Position numbers and translations under genes: made by a program. A stretch of DNA of 54,411 bases, the filler included, from Sluysia triapertura (taxonomy: Eukaryota): the NCBI GenBank assembly GCA_046118255.1. It is 4 parts of 4 records of this genome, joined end to end, with 100 filler letters (N's around TTAATTAATTAA, not from the genome) between each part and the next. Parts side by side here need not be neighbours in the genome. Positions count along the whole stretch, not along the records: positions 1 to 16,977 come from JBJNIA010194379.1; positions 17,078 to 29,933 come from JBJNIA010077716.1; 2 more parts are not named here. One strand, written 5' to 3'. Below, one piece after another: positions 11,508 to 25,502 of the stretch (the stretch's first letter is position 1; every line of letters starts with the position of its first letter). The notes beneath the pieces were generated by a model. The model was not told where the DNA came from. It worked only from the letters and a program-made list of their open reading frames with translations, and did not search any database.

Positions 11508-14051
11508 CTGAGTTAAGTTAAGGTTAAGTAGTATCACTATTTTCCTTACTAAATGCACTTATGTTTTTAACTCTTAAGTCACAAGTCCTAAGGTATGGCT
11601 AAAAATCAATTGTGTTATGTCAAAGTCTTGCGTAATATCCATATTTGTGTAATTAATATTCTAATACTTGGTAGATGAAATAATTTACTACTAATTTTCT
11701 ACTAATAATTTACTAATAGATGAAATAGTTTCTACTAATAGGAAATCTTAAAAGAAATTAATATTTATTTTTTATGAACTAAAAATTCTCCAAAATACAA
11801 AGGTTCATTTTGTATACAATTCGATACAAAACAACAAAAATTTATGTAACAAGATAATAAAAATTTAAATAGATTATTTTTAAAAGTAATCTTTTATTTT
11901 CTTAGTATTTTAAGTAAATGATTTTACTGAGCTATCTTAATTAAATGATAGCTATCAAAATTAACGAAATTATGGAAGCACTGTTAAATATTGCAGAATT
12001 TATAGAAAATAAAACTAATGATACGAATAGATAAATGTCCAAAAAATTTCTCGTAAATAGTGTGATACTGACTCAGATTTTTCTAACAAAAAACTATGTT
12101 AGCTTAAATAAATATTATATTTAAATATCTTTAACTGTATGGAACTTTTTTAAGTATCTAAAAACTTTTAAGTGTGAGTGCTGATCTAAAAGCTTTAACT
12201 TTTATACTATGACAAAAATTAAATTATTTTAACAATTCAAACAATTAAATTTTAATAATTAAATATAAATTTTTTACATAAATTATAATATGAATTTTTT
12301 ACGTTTTCGAAATGTTTATTATTTTCGAAATTAATTTCATGCGAAAATAAAATTTATAATCACAATTACAACTTAATAATTATAATTATAATAATTTTCT
12401 TATGTTTAATTTTAATTAATCTTAAATTATATCAATATTTATTGTAAAATATTACATGTCTAATAAACGTTATGCTTGTTATACATCTGAGATGGTTTTG
12501 ATATATTTTGTCTCAATTGCATTCGTTAATGTGTTTTGTGATGAATACTGTGTAACTAATTAACAACAATACCGAATATCAATCTCTATTCATTATTGTT
12601 TAAGCCATTGTTTTAAGAACTTACAAAACCCTTGAAATCAAAATTCAAGTTTTATCCAATGATCAAGCATGATTCAATAATAGCCAATCCGTGACAAGTT
12701 AGGATAATTGCATTCAGACTGCGAAAATCTGTTGGAAAACAAAAATGAATAAATAAATAAGATGCAATTGTTATACCACAAATTCCACTTGTTAATGATG
12801 TATTGTAATGTATTTATTAACATTTAATATATTGTGAAATAATGATAGATTATCTTTTATCAGTGCGATCATTTCTTTGTGAAATTTTCAAACAATTGAT
12901 TAATGTCATTGTATTAGGAGGGCTAAAGATAGGGTTGTTTCAATGTAATGATAGATCTGTTACTAAAATTGTATTTTTCTTTGATCACATACGAATTTTG
13001 TGAATGAATGTCTACGTTCTTTGCAAGACCATTATTGTTATGGAATATAGGATTTCAAATTAATTTATATTCGCCAGTTTTTCATAGAAGAACAGCCACT
13101 TTTGAGGAATTTGAAAAATGTGGTGATTAAGAGGAGTTTTTAGAAGAAAAATTTTATAGTTTTGTCATCCAATTGTCTAGTGTGCAGATATTTTTATTCT
13201 TCAAGACTTCTGAGACTTGATTAAGTTTTTCAATAGCTTTAAAATCAAACATGTAGGACTGGTCGAAGTATTTTTTATTAATTGAATAGCAGAATATCAT
13301 TCCTTTCTAGAAACACAACGTTGTTAAAGTCATTATTTGAACTCCAGTATTTTCTTTAAGATTTTTGCTTTCAAATGCAAATTCTTCTAAAATTACACCA
13401 TATTCAGTAAAACCTAAATTCATAAATTCGTATACGGACATTACTTGAATTTTCGCCATCACTTTTGTGTACAAGGTCAGCATTTTGAATCAAAAAAATC
13501 CTTGTTTCTTCTGATATCATTGATAGTTCTTTTTGAAAGTTCTTTTTTAAATTTACCTAAGAAAACCTCTGCTACTCTGTTATCTGAACCTACAGGACAA
13601 GGTTCAATGTATTCCAATTTTTTCAACAATTAACTTTACACACTTTCAATTTACCATAAATAATGTCCAATGAAAAATGTTTCATAAACAATCCAATATA
13701 AAAACAACGTTATTATGTCAAAAATAGAAATACATCATTAAAATATTTTTTAAAAATGAGGCGGTTAACAGAACTGGCAGCTAGCAAGAGTTTTCTATTA
13801 TAATTTTTAAACTTCCCAAAATTATAACAGAAGTAGTCTATTTGTTTAAAATTTGTCTTATTTCATTAATGATTGAAAATTAATAATAAACTATGATTAT
13901 TCTTGATAATTCTGAATCTTATATCAAATTTTGTTTTACTTTAAATTAACTTCTATTGACAGAAATTCGAATTTTTTGAAAGATAAATTTTGTCTCCGCC
14001 GTTCTTCAGTTATTTTGATATTGAAATTTTAATTTACTTTACTATTTTTAG

Positions 14052-14279
14052 GGTGTCATGGCTCAGTTGAGTTCTCGATGTGGTTATCGGCCGCAGAAAT
14101 TCGACGAGATGAAGAAACACATTCAATTTCACTTCGAGGACGAATTCTTCATGGAGTTGTTTCGAAATTTCGAAGATCAAGATAGTGCCAATGGAAACAA
14201 GCAGGATGTAATTGTATGTCGTGAAAACCTAGTGGCGGGATACCAAGTATGTGTGGCACCTGTTCCTACGTGTTCTCAA
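14052..14279 (+). other. Possible coding exon of unknown gene
   Basis: Elevated GC, open frame (MAQLSSRCGYRPQKF...), preceded by TTTTTAG and followed by GTTAGT; no family recognised. Confidence 0.25.
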
Positions 14280-15217
14280 GTTAGTGAGCTAAGTAGATTT
14301 TATTCTATTTTATTAAAACTCGACTCAGTTAAAGCAATTAAATTATTTTATCTACCACGCTATTAAGGGCTTATTTTTGCGTTTCTAGCAGATCAATATA
14401 TGACTTCTCGGATAATGGAAATTCCTGAGATCCCTTCCTCTTTAAGATCCTTAATTGTTCTATGATTGTAGATTTCCTTTATTCTTGAATCTGTATCAGT
14501 TCTTGAGAAGGATGCAAGCATCTAACTGAATGGAATTTTCTTGGAAAATGTAATATCCTTGCTTTCTGGAAATCTTTTGTTCTCGGATGAGAAAAGAGCA
14601 TTATCTTTTAAAAGTTGAATTCGAAGTCTCTTTGTTGGTACGTATGTATGAATTTTGCATATAAACTTATTTTTATGAATTAATAATAATAATAGTAATA
14701 ATAATAATAATAATAAACCAATAATAATAACAGTAATATTAGTTATAATAATGATAATAATAATAAATCAATAATACTAATAATAGTAATCATATTGTGA
14801 TGGCCAACCTACTAGCACAAAATTTTAGTACATCACAATACTCTACATATTATATTTTTACAACATCTAAACACTCATTACATCAAAAATCATCCAAATT
14901 ATATTTAAAATATTAAAAATATTAGTAAAATAAATGGAATTTCTGTAACACTTTAAGCTTCATTAATTTCCTATCATACTTCTTTTTCATATTTATTTAT
15001 TCTATTATAACATACAACTTTTTTTAACAAATATTTGTCAGCATAACTTATTAAGCTTGCGGTTCTTTTAAAAAATTTTAATGAATAATTAAAAAGAATT
15101 AAGTTTTAAAGAAATATATAAAGAATATTAATTCATTATTAAATAGATAAGAAGAGAAAGACATCTATGCGTTTTATTTTATTTTATTATTATCGTTATT
15201 TTTGTCATTGTTAACAC

Positions 15218-15235
15218 TATTATTATTATTATTAA

Positions 15236-15271
<36 letters not shown>

Positions 15272-15300
15272 CATTATTACTAATTATTATTATCATTATT
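15218..15300. repeat. (TTA)n microsatellite, imperfect
   Basis: Read directly. Confidence 0.9.
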
Positions 15301-16977
15301 ATTTTCATTATTTTCTACATAATTTCAAATTTTAATCATCTGAGCTGTCAAGTATATAATAGTTCATCATCATTAAAATTAATTTATTAGTTCATGTAAA
15401 ATTTGCATGGTGACAACTAACTGCTCTTGCTGGTTATAAAAATTGGCTCACAACTTATAATTGGCTCAATACAAACATTCTCAATAAAGGCATTCATAAT
15501 ATATTCTGTCAAAAAACAATATAAGATTCATATTTACGTAATTTTAGTGCAATACAATTTATATTATTCAAAATAATCACAATCTAAAGTTTTAAAATAG
15601 TTTGAACTGTAAATGCTACTACATTCAGAAGATTTAGAGCTGCTACACGAAATCTTGTATGTTTATTTTCCAAATGTATTTTTTTGTCAAATTGATCTTA
15701 TCACTAATGCTAATTTAAAATTATTAGATTTAAAATAACATAAAATTAGTTTTAAGCAAAATCCTTATTTGGCTACTTGTGATATCGAATATTTGATCAA
15801 TTATTACTCAAACTAATTCTATATTTCCCGTTACGAAATAAAGTATTTGTTCTACAAACAGTATTGTCTCACTACGAAACAGAAAAGACAAATCTTTAAC
15901 AAATGTAATCAGTGACGAATACAATTATCAAATTAGTTATAGAGTTATGTATTATACCAAAGGTGTACTCGATCTTCTTTTGGCCAGTTAAGGAATATAT
16001 AAAGCAAGGTCAAGTTTTATGTACATATGTTTTAACGTTTTTATAGAAATATTCTATTTCAATTATTTCAATTCTTATTTTAATATGAAAACAATTGATA
16101 TTAAAAGATTCACTTCAGTTAATACGTATTTTAATATATTTAAATAAAGAGGTTTTTTGTTCAAATTCAGAATTTTCTTTGATAAAATATTTTATATCAA
16201 GACACTAAAGATAAAAATAAATGTATTTTTACGTATTATATTTTAATAAAGAATTATTGAATTGAGATTACTGTTAAATTAAATTGAAATATTATAAAAA
16301 AATAAAATTATTATTTTTAAATAGAATTATTATTCTTATTTAAAAATTATATATTAAAACAAATAAATATTTAACATTTAAAACTAACTAAATATTATTA
16401 TTTCATTATTTGTTTATAGATACTATTTGTTTATGGTTAATACATAACACAAAAAACTATAAAAGCATTAAAATTTTGTAAAATAGTCCCAAATAATAAA
16501 CAAAAACTATAGTTTATTTTTGTTGTATTGGTTATATTTGGAAGAGAAAATTAAAAAGAAAAGAAAAATTTTGTTAAACATTTTGATAATTTTTGGAAAA
16601 TAAAATAATACTTGAAATTAATATTCTGCATTCTTCGAATCACAATAATACTCCATTTATTCAATAAATTGTAAAAGATTAAGAAAAATTTAATTGCTGT
16701 AAGCATCTAGAATTAAGAATAAATATAAACATCTACTTCCAATCTTATTTTTCTTTAAGCTGCAAATCTATGTGCTGGCCCTTCAGTGAGTAAGTCTAAT
16801 TTAAAGCAATATCCATTCTTAATCACACTAATCTCTACAAGATGAACTAAAGTTCATGTACGTAATAATATGTTATATACTTATGTAATATTTTTATTTT
16901 CTTAATGTAATAAAGATTAAAGAACTTAATATATATTACCAAACAACCACATACAATGACAAAGGATAAAAAATTTC

Positions 16978-17077
16978 NNNNNNNNNNNNNNNNNNNNNNN
17001 NNNNNNNNNNNNNNNNNNNNNTTAATTAATTAANNNNNNNNNNNNNNNNNNNNNNNNNNNNNNNNNNNNNNNNNNNN
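16978..17077. other. Artificial contig linker
   Basis: 44 N + TTAATTAATTAA (stop in all six frames) + 44 N. Confidence 0.97.
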
Positions 17078-17670
17078 TTGAAATTATTAAGATTTAAACT
17101 GAACAAGATATTAATAGTGAGTTTAATATTTAACAAGTTTTAAAGACGCAACATGACCATTCTTAGTGTTTCTAACGAAGTATGCCCAGATCTAGTTCTA
17201 GGTATTCTGAAGTTTTCCTTCTATAAATTCGTTTAACCTTTTAATCTTACTTAAATTATGTGGCATACACTTTAAATAAGGAATTTATATATGTAAAAAT
17301 ATATCTTCAATAAAACTTCACTATAGTGTTAAACGCAGTTTACATTTTTAATGAAACTCTAAATCTTTAAAATCAAAACTTATATATTACAGTTGAATAT
17401 TTATGTTAATGCTTTTTAGAGTCCCAATTCGGGCACCAAAATTTTTTAAAGTTTTTATTTTAGTTTTTTATTTATTTATGAAAACACCTATTTGCGAAAA
17501 TTATCGTATCGGAAGGGTTCGCCTATAGCATATGATTTATTTTTCCATGAAAAGAAATACATATAGAATTTTAATTACGCAAAATAAGTCTTCCTTCTGA
17601 GAGTTAAAGTTAAATAATCTTTACTTAGTGTTTCCTTAACGTCAAAAACAATGCGTTAGACTTCATAAAA

Positions 17671-17731
17671 TAGACTGACTGGGAATCGAACCTGGGCCCT
17701 CTCGATGCTCTACCCATTGAGCTATCAGCCT
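17671..17731 (-). pseudogene. tRNA-derived element (tRNA pseudogene or SINE head) lacking a proper anticodon arm
   Basis: AGGCTGA-TAGCTCAATGGGTAGAGC (A box)-ATCGAGAGGGC-CCAGGTTCGATTCCCAG (B box)-TCAGTCT-A; 7-bp acceptor stem, only 61 nt. Confidence 0.65.
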
Positions 17732-20399
17732 CGTCTAACAATTTTGTTTTATTATAGCCAATTATATTATAATTATTCTATGGCATTTTAGGCCTGTAAT
17801 CCAACATATATGTGTCAATCCTTTTATGAATTTTTTTCTTTGGTTGTTAAACTGTTATATGATTAACTATGTCAATATTGGTTATTGATCAATTAAAATA
17901 CGCCTTTTGTTAAACCTTTAATTTATATCAATAATATTATTCAAAAAACACGAAGTCAACAATATGAAGTTTTATTCAATATAATATGAAACTTTATGAC
18001 GCAATAAGTATAATTAATTGATTTTTATTAATAAACGCACTATAAGCAAAAATAAAAAATAACATAAAGAATTTATAACATATTTAATTCTAATAAATTT
18101 GGTATTATTTTAAAATGATTTTATCACTAGCTTAAACCAGTACCATATTGCATAGAGTTTAAGTCGAGTTTGTATCTTACTTAAGTAAGGAAATCCTATA
18201 CAACAAAAACTTACAAATTTTTGTTAAAGCAATGAATAGATGATATATTTCCGGATCAATTTTGGATTTATAAATTAACAGGATAATAGAACCAATTTCT
18301 GCACAAGTGACAAAGTAATCAGATAAAATTTTCCGAATCAATTCAATACCAATTAGTAATCTAAAGACTCAAGTTGAATTTTCCCATTTTTATCGCATGA
18401 TCGATAGATTGAATGGTAACAAAAAATCGCTCAAGATCAAATTAATTTTCTTCTCGTTATTAATGTTGTTGAGTGGTGGTAAATCCATTAACGATCCATT
18501 AAAATTTTTAAATATTTTTCATTAAAAAGATTTATGAATTATGAATCTAAGAATTAAAAATCCATAATTTGAAAAATATCCATTAAATAAATGGGTTTGT
18601 TAATTGAGAATTTTTTCAATAATATTAAAAGCTTTTTAGTACTTTTATTTCAATTTATTTACAAATTTTTTGCACAATTTTAAGTTTTTACCTTCAATGA
18701 TTTTAAGATTTTATTTTCTAACACATACATTCTGGGATATTGATATAATTTCTGAATATCTTACATTGTTATTTGAGAATAGTTGAAAATTACCTATACT
18801 CTTCTGCTCTAAGCTTTGAATTTTATTCTCACTGTAAATTATATGTGATATATTAAGATATATTTAAGTTACACGAAACCCATTCTACTACATTAAAATA
18901 TTCATATAAAGCTTTGGAAGCATGAATTCTGAAATATTTCTATTGAAATAAGTAATTTTATTCATATTTAAAAGTATGAATAAAGCCGCCAACCAAACCA
19001 ATAAACTAGAAGACAATATACATTTTTATATCATATCACTTTCACACACAGTAGCTATCAAATGCAACTTATAGAATGTTACTCCTGTTTATTTTAATAA
19101 TAATATTTGCTAGCGTTTCTTACTACGCGTTTACTATGACTTGAGTAAAATGAATGTCTCTTATATGTTGCGTTTACCTGCAGTTGTTGACTGTTGACGT
19201 TATCGTTGGCACTCATATCGGATTTTACATAATTCGAAATTAAAATTTGCTAACTTGTTTATTTCCGAGTGTATGTTTTCCTTGTTCATTTGAATTTATA
19301 TATATATTTTATGCTACCGCTATGTTTGGTTAAAGCTGAAGAAGAAGGGTTATAGCTTGTAATGTAAAAATAAAGTATTATTAAGGAATCAAGATAAAAC
19401 ATTACGACGACTTGTGTTAGTGAAATAAGTGTATAAAATATTTAAATCAAAGATAAGAAAGAACCCTTTAAAATATAAAAATATAAAATACATTTATAAA
19501 TTCATTTTAATTAACAATTGGTTAATTTAATAATTTCGTGAAAAATGTCTGCACATCATAAAATAATATTAGAATTAGTGTTTACTATTAAATTTTATTA
19601 GTATTCCTAACGTTGAAATGTTACGAAGCATGTCGTCGCAGACAACATAAAAATTAGCTATTTTAATTATTATAATTTAAAATTAAATTTATATGCTTTA
19701 ATACCTAAGAATAATCATTAATTAGTAACGATTTCACGATTACTGAAATAACAATAAAAATTTTGAGTTAATTTAGTTATCAAGTTATTGTTAATAATTT
19801 TTAATAAAGACGCAACAATATAAACAATTAGATTTTTGCAATAAAAACAAAATATTTTAGTTGGACAGGTAAACGAAAAAGACGATATTTAGAAGAAGAC
19901 TTATTAAACTTTACCTTCATTACCTCAATACATATGTGGAAAACCATGTGATTGGGGTTCATATTGTTAATTTATTGTGATATTTAAAAACATATTGAGA
20001 TTCCGTATTAGTTTAATTAGTGAGTTACAATTAGATATTATAAAATAGAAATAATAAAGATGCAACAACTCAAACAGCTTTTATATCAAATATATCGTAA
20101 TAAAATTTGTATTTTTAGTTATTTCTAATTTATCGAACTAAACATATCATTACCTTGAATGTTATTCAATTTTACATTTCTAAGAGATTTCTGAGCTGTT
20201 TCTAGAGTTAATCAAAACCGTTCTACATTTATATTTTCCAATCTAGTTCTAAAAACTGATGTTTAAGCCTATGTTTTCGTTTAATGAATCAATCTCGATA
20301 ATTACTTTAGTACTTGAGTTAAAAGGGAGTTTAGGGAGTTCCTAATGTTTTAATAACTCTTTTATTATTGTTTTTATCATTTTTTACATAAATTTAAAT

Positions 20400-21830
20400 T
20401 CTGGATTAAAACGATGGATTTTCAAATTTTGTTGAACATGGCGTTAAACTTTTGAAGTTTCGGTATCAATTTCAACATTAATTATACCAGGCAAATTCTG
20501 AAAAGTTTTCTCAAATACTATTTTGAAATCAATTCTTAGAATACTTATTAGTAAAATCCTTGATGATTGTAACATATTATATTGTCAAAAATAACAAGGC
20601 TTCCACTTGCAGCTATCGTTATCATATTGTTGGAATTGCCCAACTGTGGATATGGAGACGAAGCAAAACATACAAAATCATAAAGTAAAGGAATAACTGA
20701 TACAAGTGATAGATTGAACCGTTGAAGTAAGAATCATAAAAATTAAAACATCTGCAATAATGGTAACAGCTAAAATATGCCTTGGAGTTCCAAGGACCTA
20801 TCTAAGGTGTTGAGGCCTTGTGAAGACTTGAGATAGACTTGGAAGACCATTAAAATCATTATGATATCTTTCAATTGACAGCCTTAATGTACATTTAATA
20901 TTCTTGAAACCTTGATAAGCATCTAAGATGTTATAGTAATCTTATACAGTGTTTATTATCTCTAAAATAGTTGAAAAATAAAATCATTGTTATTGGTATT
21001 AAGAATAAATCTAATATAGTAATAATTAACATGAAGAAGGAGAAAAGGAATCAGAAGGGTGAAGGTGAATTCCTTATAAACTAGTAAGTAACTTTAGAAC
21101 TTCAATAAAACCTTTAAACATGAAATAAGATTAAGTCTAAAAATGGATTAATCCATTAAGAAAAATTTTGTTTTTGTGAATAACTTTTGAATGCCGAATG
21201 CTATGTTAAATTTGAAACTGTGTATGTATTTGTTTTGAAAAGACCTTTTGATGAATGTATGGTTTGACTGAGTTCATGCAAGGAAAGCCTGAATATTGAA
21301 CAAAGTCAAATTTTAATTAATTTTTAATTATGGAATGTTGAATTTTTTATACTTAGAGTGATATAAATGTAATGAATTGAATATGAGATGATTGCTATGA
21401 AAGAATAGAATCTAGAAGTGAGTTTGAAATGTTTGTAGAGTGGTTTATTTGAGAAGAAGACGCTTAAAACATTTTTCATTCGATAATTGGGTGTGAAAAA
21501 TCGAAAATCAATTAAATTCTAAAAAGTGAAATTAAATTCATTATTTTTATGTGTGTTAATAATATTGTTGATTGTTATTTTAATATGAGAATTAATTTAA
21601 GTAAAAATAGATTGAGTAGAGTAAAAGAAAGTGATGGTTGATAATAAATCAAATTTTTGTGTTTTGTACCTAATGATGTTTGAGAGAACTTACCTTATAA
21701 TTGTCAAAGTTGTTATTCTCGGTTCATTTATCAAATAAGTTTTGATGTTTTGTGTGAGAAAGTGTTTGATTGTGAAACCTAAGATTGATTGGATGATGAG
21801 AGAGTATAAAATGAAAAACATAAAACTTTT
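20400..21830 (-). mobile_element. Decayed repeat carrying signal-peptide ORF remnants
   Basis: 21230-21760 aligns by eye with 29350-29800, and 20625-20700 with 29828-29895. Minus-strand starts MFFILYSLIIQSILG and MILYVLLRLHIHSWAIPT. Confidence 0.5.
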
Positions 21831-23329
21831 AACACACAACAAAAAGCACAAATGCACAATTAAGTTATAATTAATAGAAGATCAGTGCTTTTGGTAAGAA
21901 TTAAATATTTTATTTTATTATTTTAGTATTCTTATTTTAATTATTTTTACTATTTTATTTTATTTTATTTTTTGGGGAAGTTTTCTTAGTTTTGTCGGAG
22001 ACACCCAACACAATTTATTTTTAGAAATATTAATTATTCTATTTTTTAATTTAGATATTATTGTTAAATTTTACGGAGGATCCTTGCCCAAATTTTTGTT
22101 ATAATATTTAATCGTTATTAAGTTAAGTTAAAAATTATCTGAAAATATTTAAGCATTATCACTATTTGAAATTTTCTAGAACTGATATTTTTAGTGTTTG
22201 TTGCGTAAGCTCTGGTTTTTTAGATAGATTGTTGTGTCCCTCATATTATCATAACCATTTTAATCATTTTTATTATTGTTCATTTGAGACTTATATTAGC
22301 ACATTGTATTTTGATGTTTATTGAGTTGTTATTAATTTGATTTAAGAACTTAACCTTTGGGTTGAATATATTATCATCAAAATAAGAAATTTTCTGATAA
22401 ATTTATATTGGTTTAAGTGATTAATTAAATTATTGAGATTTTATTAAGTAAATTATCCGATATTGATTTGTTATCCGATATTATTTGTTATCCAAATAAT
22501 TTTCTAAATCGTAGTATGTAAAAACAAACAAATTTCACCAAGTTACCACAATTATTATCAGATTCATAATAATTCCACTGAAGACTATTCTTAGATTTTA
22601 TTGGATTAAAACTTTTAATTACATTTGATTTAATTGATGTCAAATCTAAAGTCTAGAAATTCTAAAAATAGAAAAATATCTAAAGTTTATGTGCTATTAT
22701 TTTATAATTTTAACTGTTTGTATGTACATTTTTAATCAATAATTGTATTAATTTTATAATTTTAAATTTTTTATAACAAAGTTTAATTTTAATAGAATTT
22801 ATTTTCACTATATTTTTGATCAAATTAATTAAACTATAGTGTTAAATTGAATAAATTTTGTTTAAATCAAATAACTATTTAAAGAACAAAAAATTTGTAG
22901 ATTTTTGCAAAATATTTTTTAATTAACATAGCATTAATTTAAAATCTTTTAACGTAGCTATTGTTACTATTGTTCATTTAAAAAAAATTACATTAAATTT
23001 CACAATCAAATGATCCCGTTGAATTGCATCTTCGAAGACTAATCACATTGAATTTTGCAGAATTATATTACAAGGAATTTATTAGTTAGCTCATTTTTAC
23101 ATAAAGTAAGCTCTCTTTTAAATTAGGTTGCAAATTAACTCGTAAAACTGAAATTTTACTTTTAACTTGGGTGTCGTATTATTTAAATTAAATTTTAGTA
23201 TTAAAAGATTATATAATAATCTTTCAATATTCTTAATCTTTATCATTTTATATTATTGTTATTGTTTTTATTAACACTTTTACTAACGTAAATATATTAT
23301 TTTTGTTACCATAAATTTTGATTATTGTA

Positions 23330-23640
23330 ATGTAAATTTACGTGTATATAAATTTAAACGTAAAATACTTGAAGAAAGTGAATTAGTAAGAACATCGTTT
23401 TTAGTATATGGGTAGAAAAATCTTACTTAAATTGCTAATTACTAATCTAACAAATATCAACTATTGATTTTACCATAAATTAATAAACTAAGCGGATCCA
23501 GAATAAATACCAGTTATTAAAATAATTATAGACTACATCAATCTCCATTAACTATTCTTATTGCTACTTACGACTTAGCCCTTAAGTGTGTAAGTCTGAG
23601 ATAGTATGGAACTCAGAAATTACATTTTAATATAAAATAA
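23330..23640 (+). repeat. Dispersed non-coding repeat (LTR- or 3'UTR-like), homologous to 50640-51000(-)
   Basis: ACTTAGCCCTTAAGTGTGTAAGTCTGAGATAGTATGGAACTCAG versus ACTTAGCCCTTAAGTGAGTAAGTCTAAGATTGTAAAGGACTCAG, plus collinear upstream blocks. Confidence 0.6.
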
Positions 23641-24362
23641 CATACAAAAATTTTACATTGAGAAGAAAGAGAATTCAACAATAAACTCATTGAATAAATA
23701 ACTTTGTTAAACCTATTTCTCATATATACTTTGGTGTTTAATAAAACTTGTGTCTTAAATAAGTCTTTTTATTTCGTTTAAGTTCAGAAAAGAAGAAAGT
23801 GTGAAATTTTAAATTTATAAAATAACTATTATAGCATTTTCGTCTCATACATTTGATATGAGTAGAGACTTTAATATTCAGATTAATTTTGACAAATTTA
23901 AATAATATAATAGAAAGTCAGTAGTAAATTACATAGTAAAACTTAGAGGTAAACTAAAACTAAAACTATGATAGTAAAATTATTTTATTATCTTTTTATT
24001 GCTCATTTATTGTGATATTTACGTAATATGAATCAAAACAATTTGCTAAATTTATATATCTTAAACTTAACTTCAAAGTCTAATGTTTTATTGAAATTTC
24101 TTATTCTTATTATTATATTGAATAAAATTATTAGAGTTTTACGTTAACAATAACAATGCTTACAATGATTAGTAATAATTGTACAAATTTTTCTTATATT
24201 AGTAGTAGTAGTAGTAGTAGTAGTATTGTAAATAATGATCATTATTTTAATTGTACTATTAAATGTGTTATACATTTAGATGCGTTGGACATTTATAATT
24301 TAAAACGTAAATCATTAACTGTATAAAAATTAAACATTTTATGCAAATAAATTCAGCAACTA

Positions 24363-24730
24363 CAGTGGTGGCCAAATTATTAGACTAAAGACCATTTTTG
24401 TGATAAAATTCAACATTTTTCAAGGATACCTTGAAAATATTAATCAAAAGTGTATAAATGTAAAATGTTGGAAAATAACTACTTTCTCCAAAAAAATCTG
24501 ATGAAACTAAAATAATAGATAAAAATACTGAGATCCAAAACATACAAAAATTTTATTCATGTAGAATGATAACACAATTTACAATACAAATCAAATATGT
24601 ACAAAATTGTTGTATCAGTAATTTGTTTGCCCTCCTTTGTTATTCCAATAATTTCCTGATCTTTAAAGGCATGCCACGGATGAGCTTGGAGCACAAATAT
24701 TTAATCTCGACATTGCACTTTATCACCTCT
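24363..24730 (-). mobile_element. Tc1-family transposon remnant (3' end)
   Basis: TA|CAGTGGTGGCCAAATTATTAGA terminal repeat and transposase C-terminus KLIRGMPLKIRKLL..KGGQTNY*, matching the Tc1 SMP.R...KGG.T.Y* motif. Confidence 0.75.
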
Positions 24731-25091
24731 GAAATTTATATTTTATTTCAATATTTTTTTTGTTTTATGTGATAATTATTCTAAAATTTTAAAATTGATT
24801 CATTTTATATTTTAATTAATTTTTTTCACTATTATTCTATTATTCTTCTTTTAAATAAATAGTAATTTAAAAAACAAATAAATGTAAAAAGAATTTTTAT
24901 ATATTTTCTGTTTTTATTTTATTTTTAAGATAATATTATTTACACGTTTAGTGTAAATATTGACTATCAAAGTGAATGGATCATTTTTAAAATTAAATTT
25001 AACCAATCACATTAAAGAACCAATTATATTATTAGAGTGTATAGTTTTTTAATACCCTAGTAATCTATATTAAAATAAAGAAAAAATTATC

Positions 25092-25431
25092 ATGTTAGAC
25101 AGTACAAAAATGAATATATTAACAAATAATACTATTATTGTACATAATGTATTACAAGAATTTTATTATAAACCTTTATCTACATTTCAATTGTCATACG
25201 TTGTTATATGTGGTTTAATAATAATACTGTCATTGTTGGGTAATGGTTTGGTGATTTTGTTGACAATAAAATACAAACGAATGAGAATGTCGAAAAATAT
25301 TTGTTTACTAAACCTGTCTATTGCTGATCTAGGTGTTACATGTATTTGTATGCCAAGTGAGTTATGTAGATCTATATATACATTTTGGATTCTTGGCAGT
25401 GTATTATGTAAGGTATCTTATTATGCTCAAG
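25092..25431 (+). CDS. Rhodopsin-family (class A) neuropeptide-type GPCR, first coding exon (N-terminus to start of TM3)
   Basis: TM1 LSLLGNGLVI, TM2 LLNLSIADLGVTCICMP, ECL1 WILGSVLCK; phase-1 donor G|GTTAGA at 25432. Downstream exons were not found in this contig. Confidence 0.85.
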
Positions 25432-25443
25432 GTTAGAATTTCA

Positions 25444-25500
<57 letters not shown>
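25444..25500. repeat. (ATT)n microsatellite
   Basis: Read directly. Confidence 0.95.
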
Positions 25501-25502
<2 letters not shown>

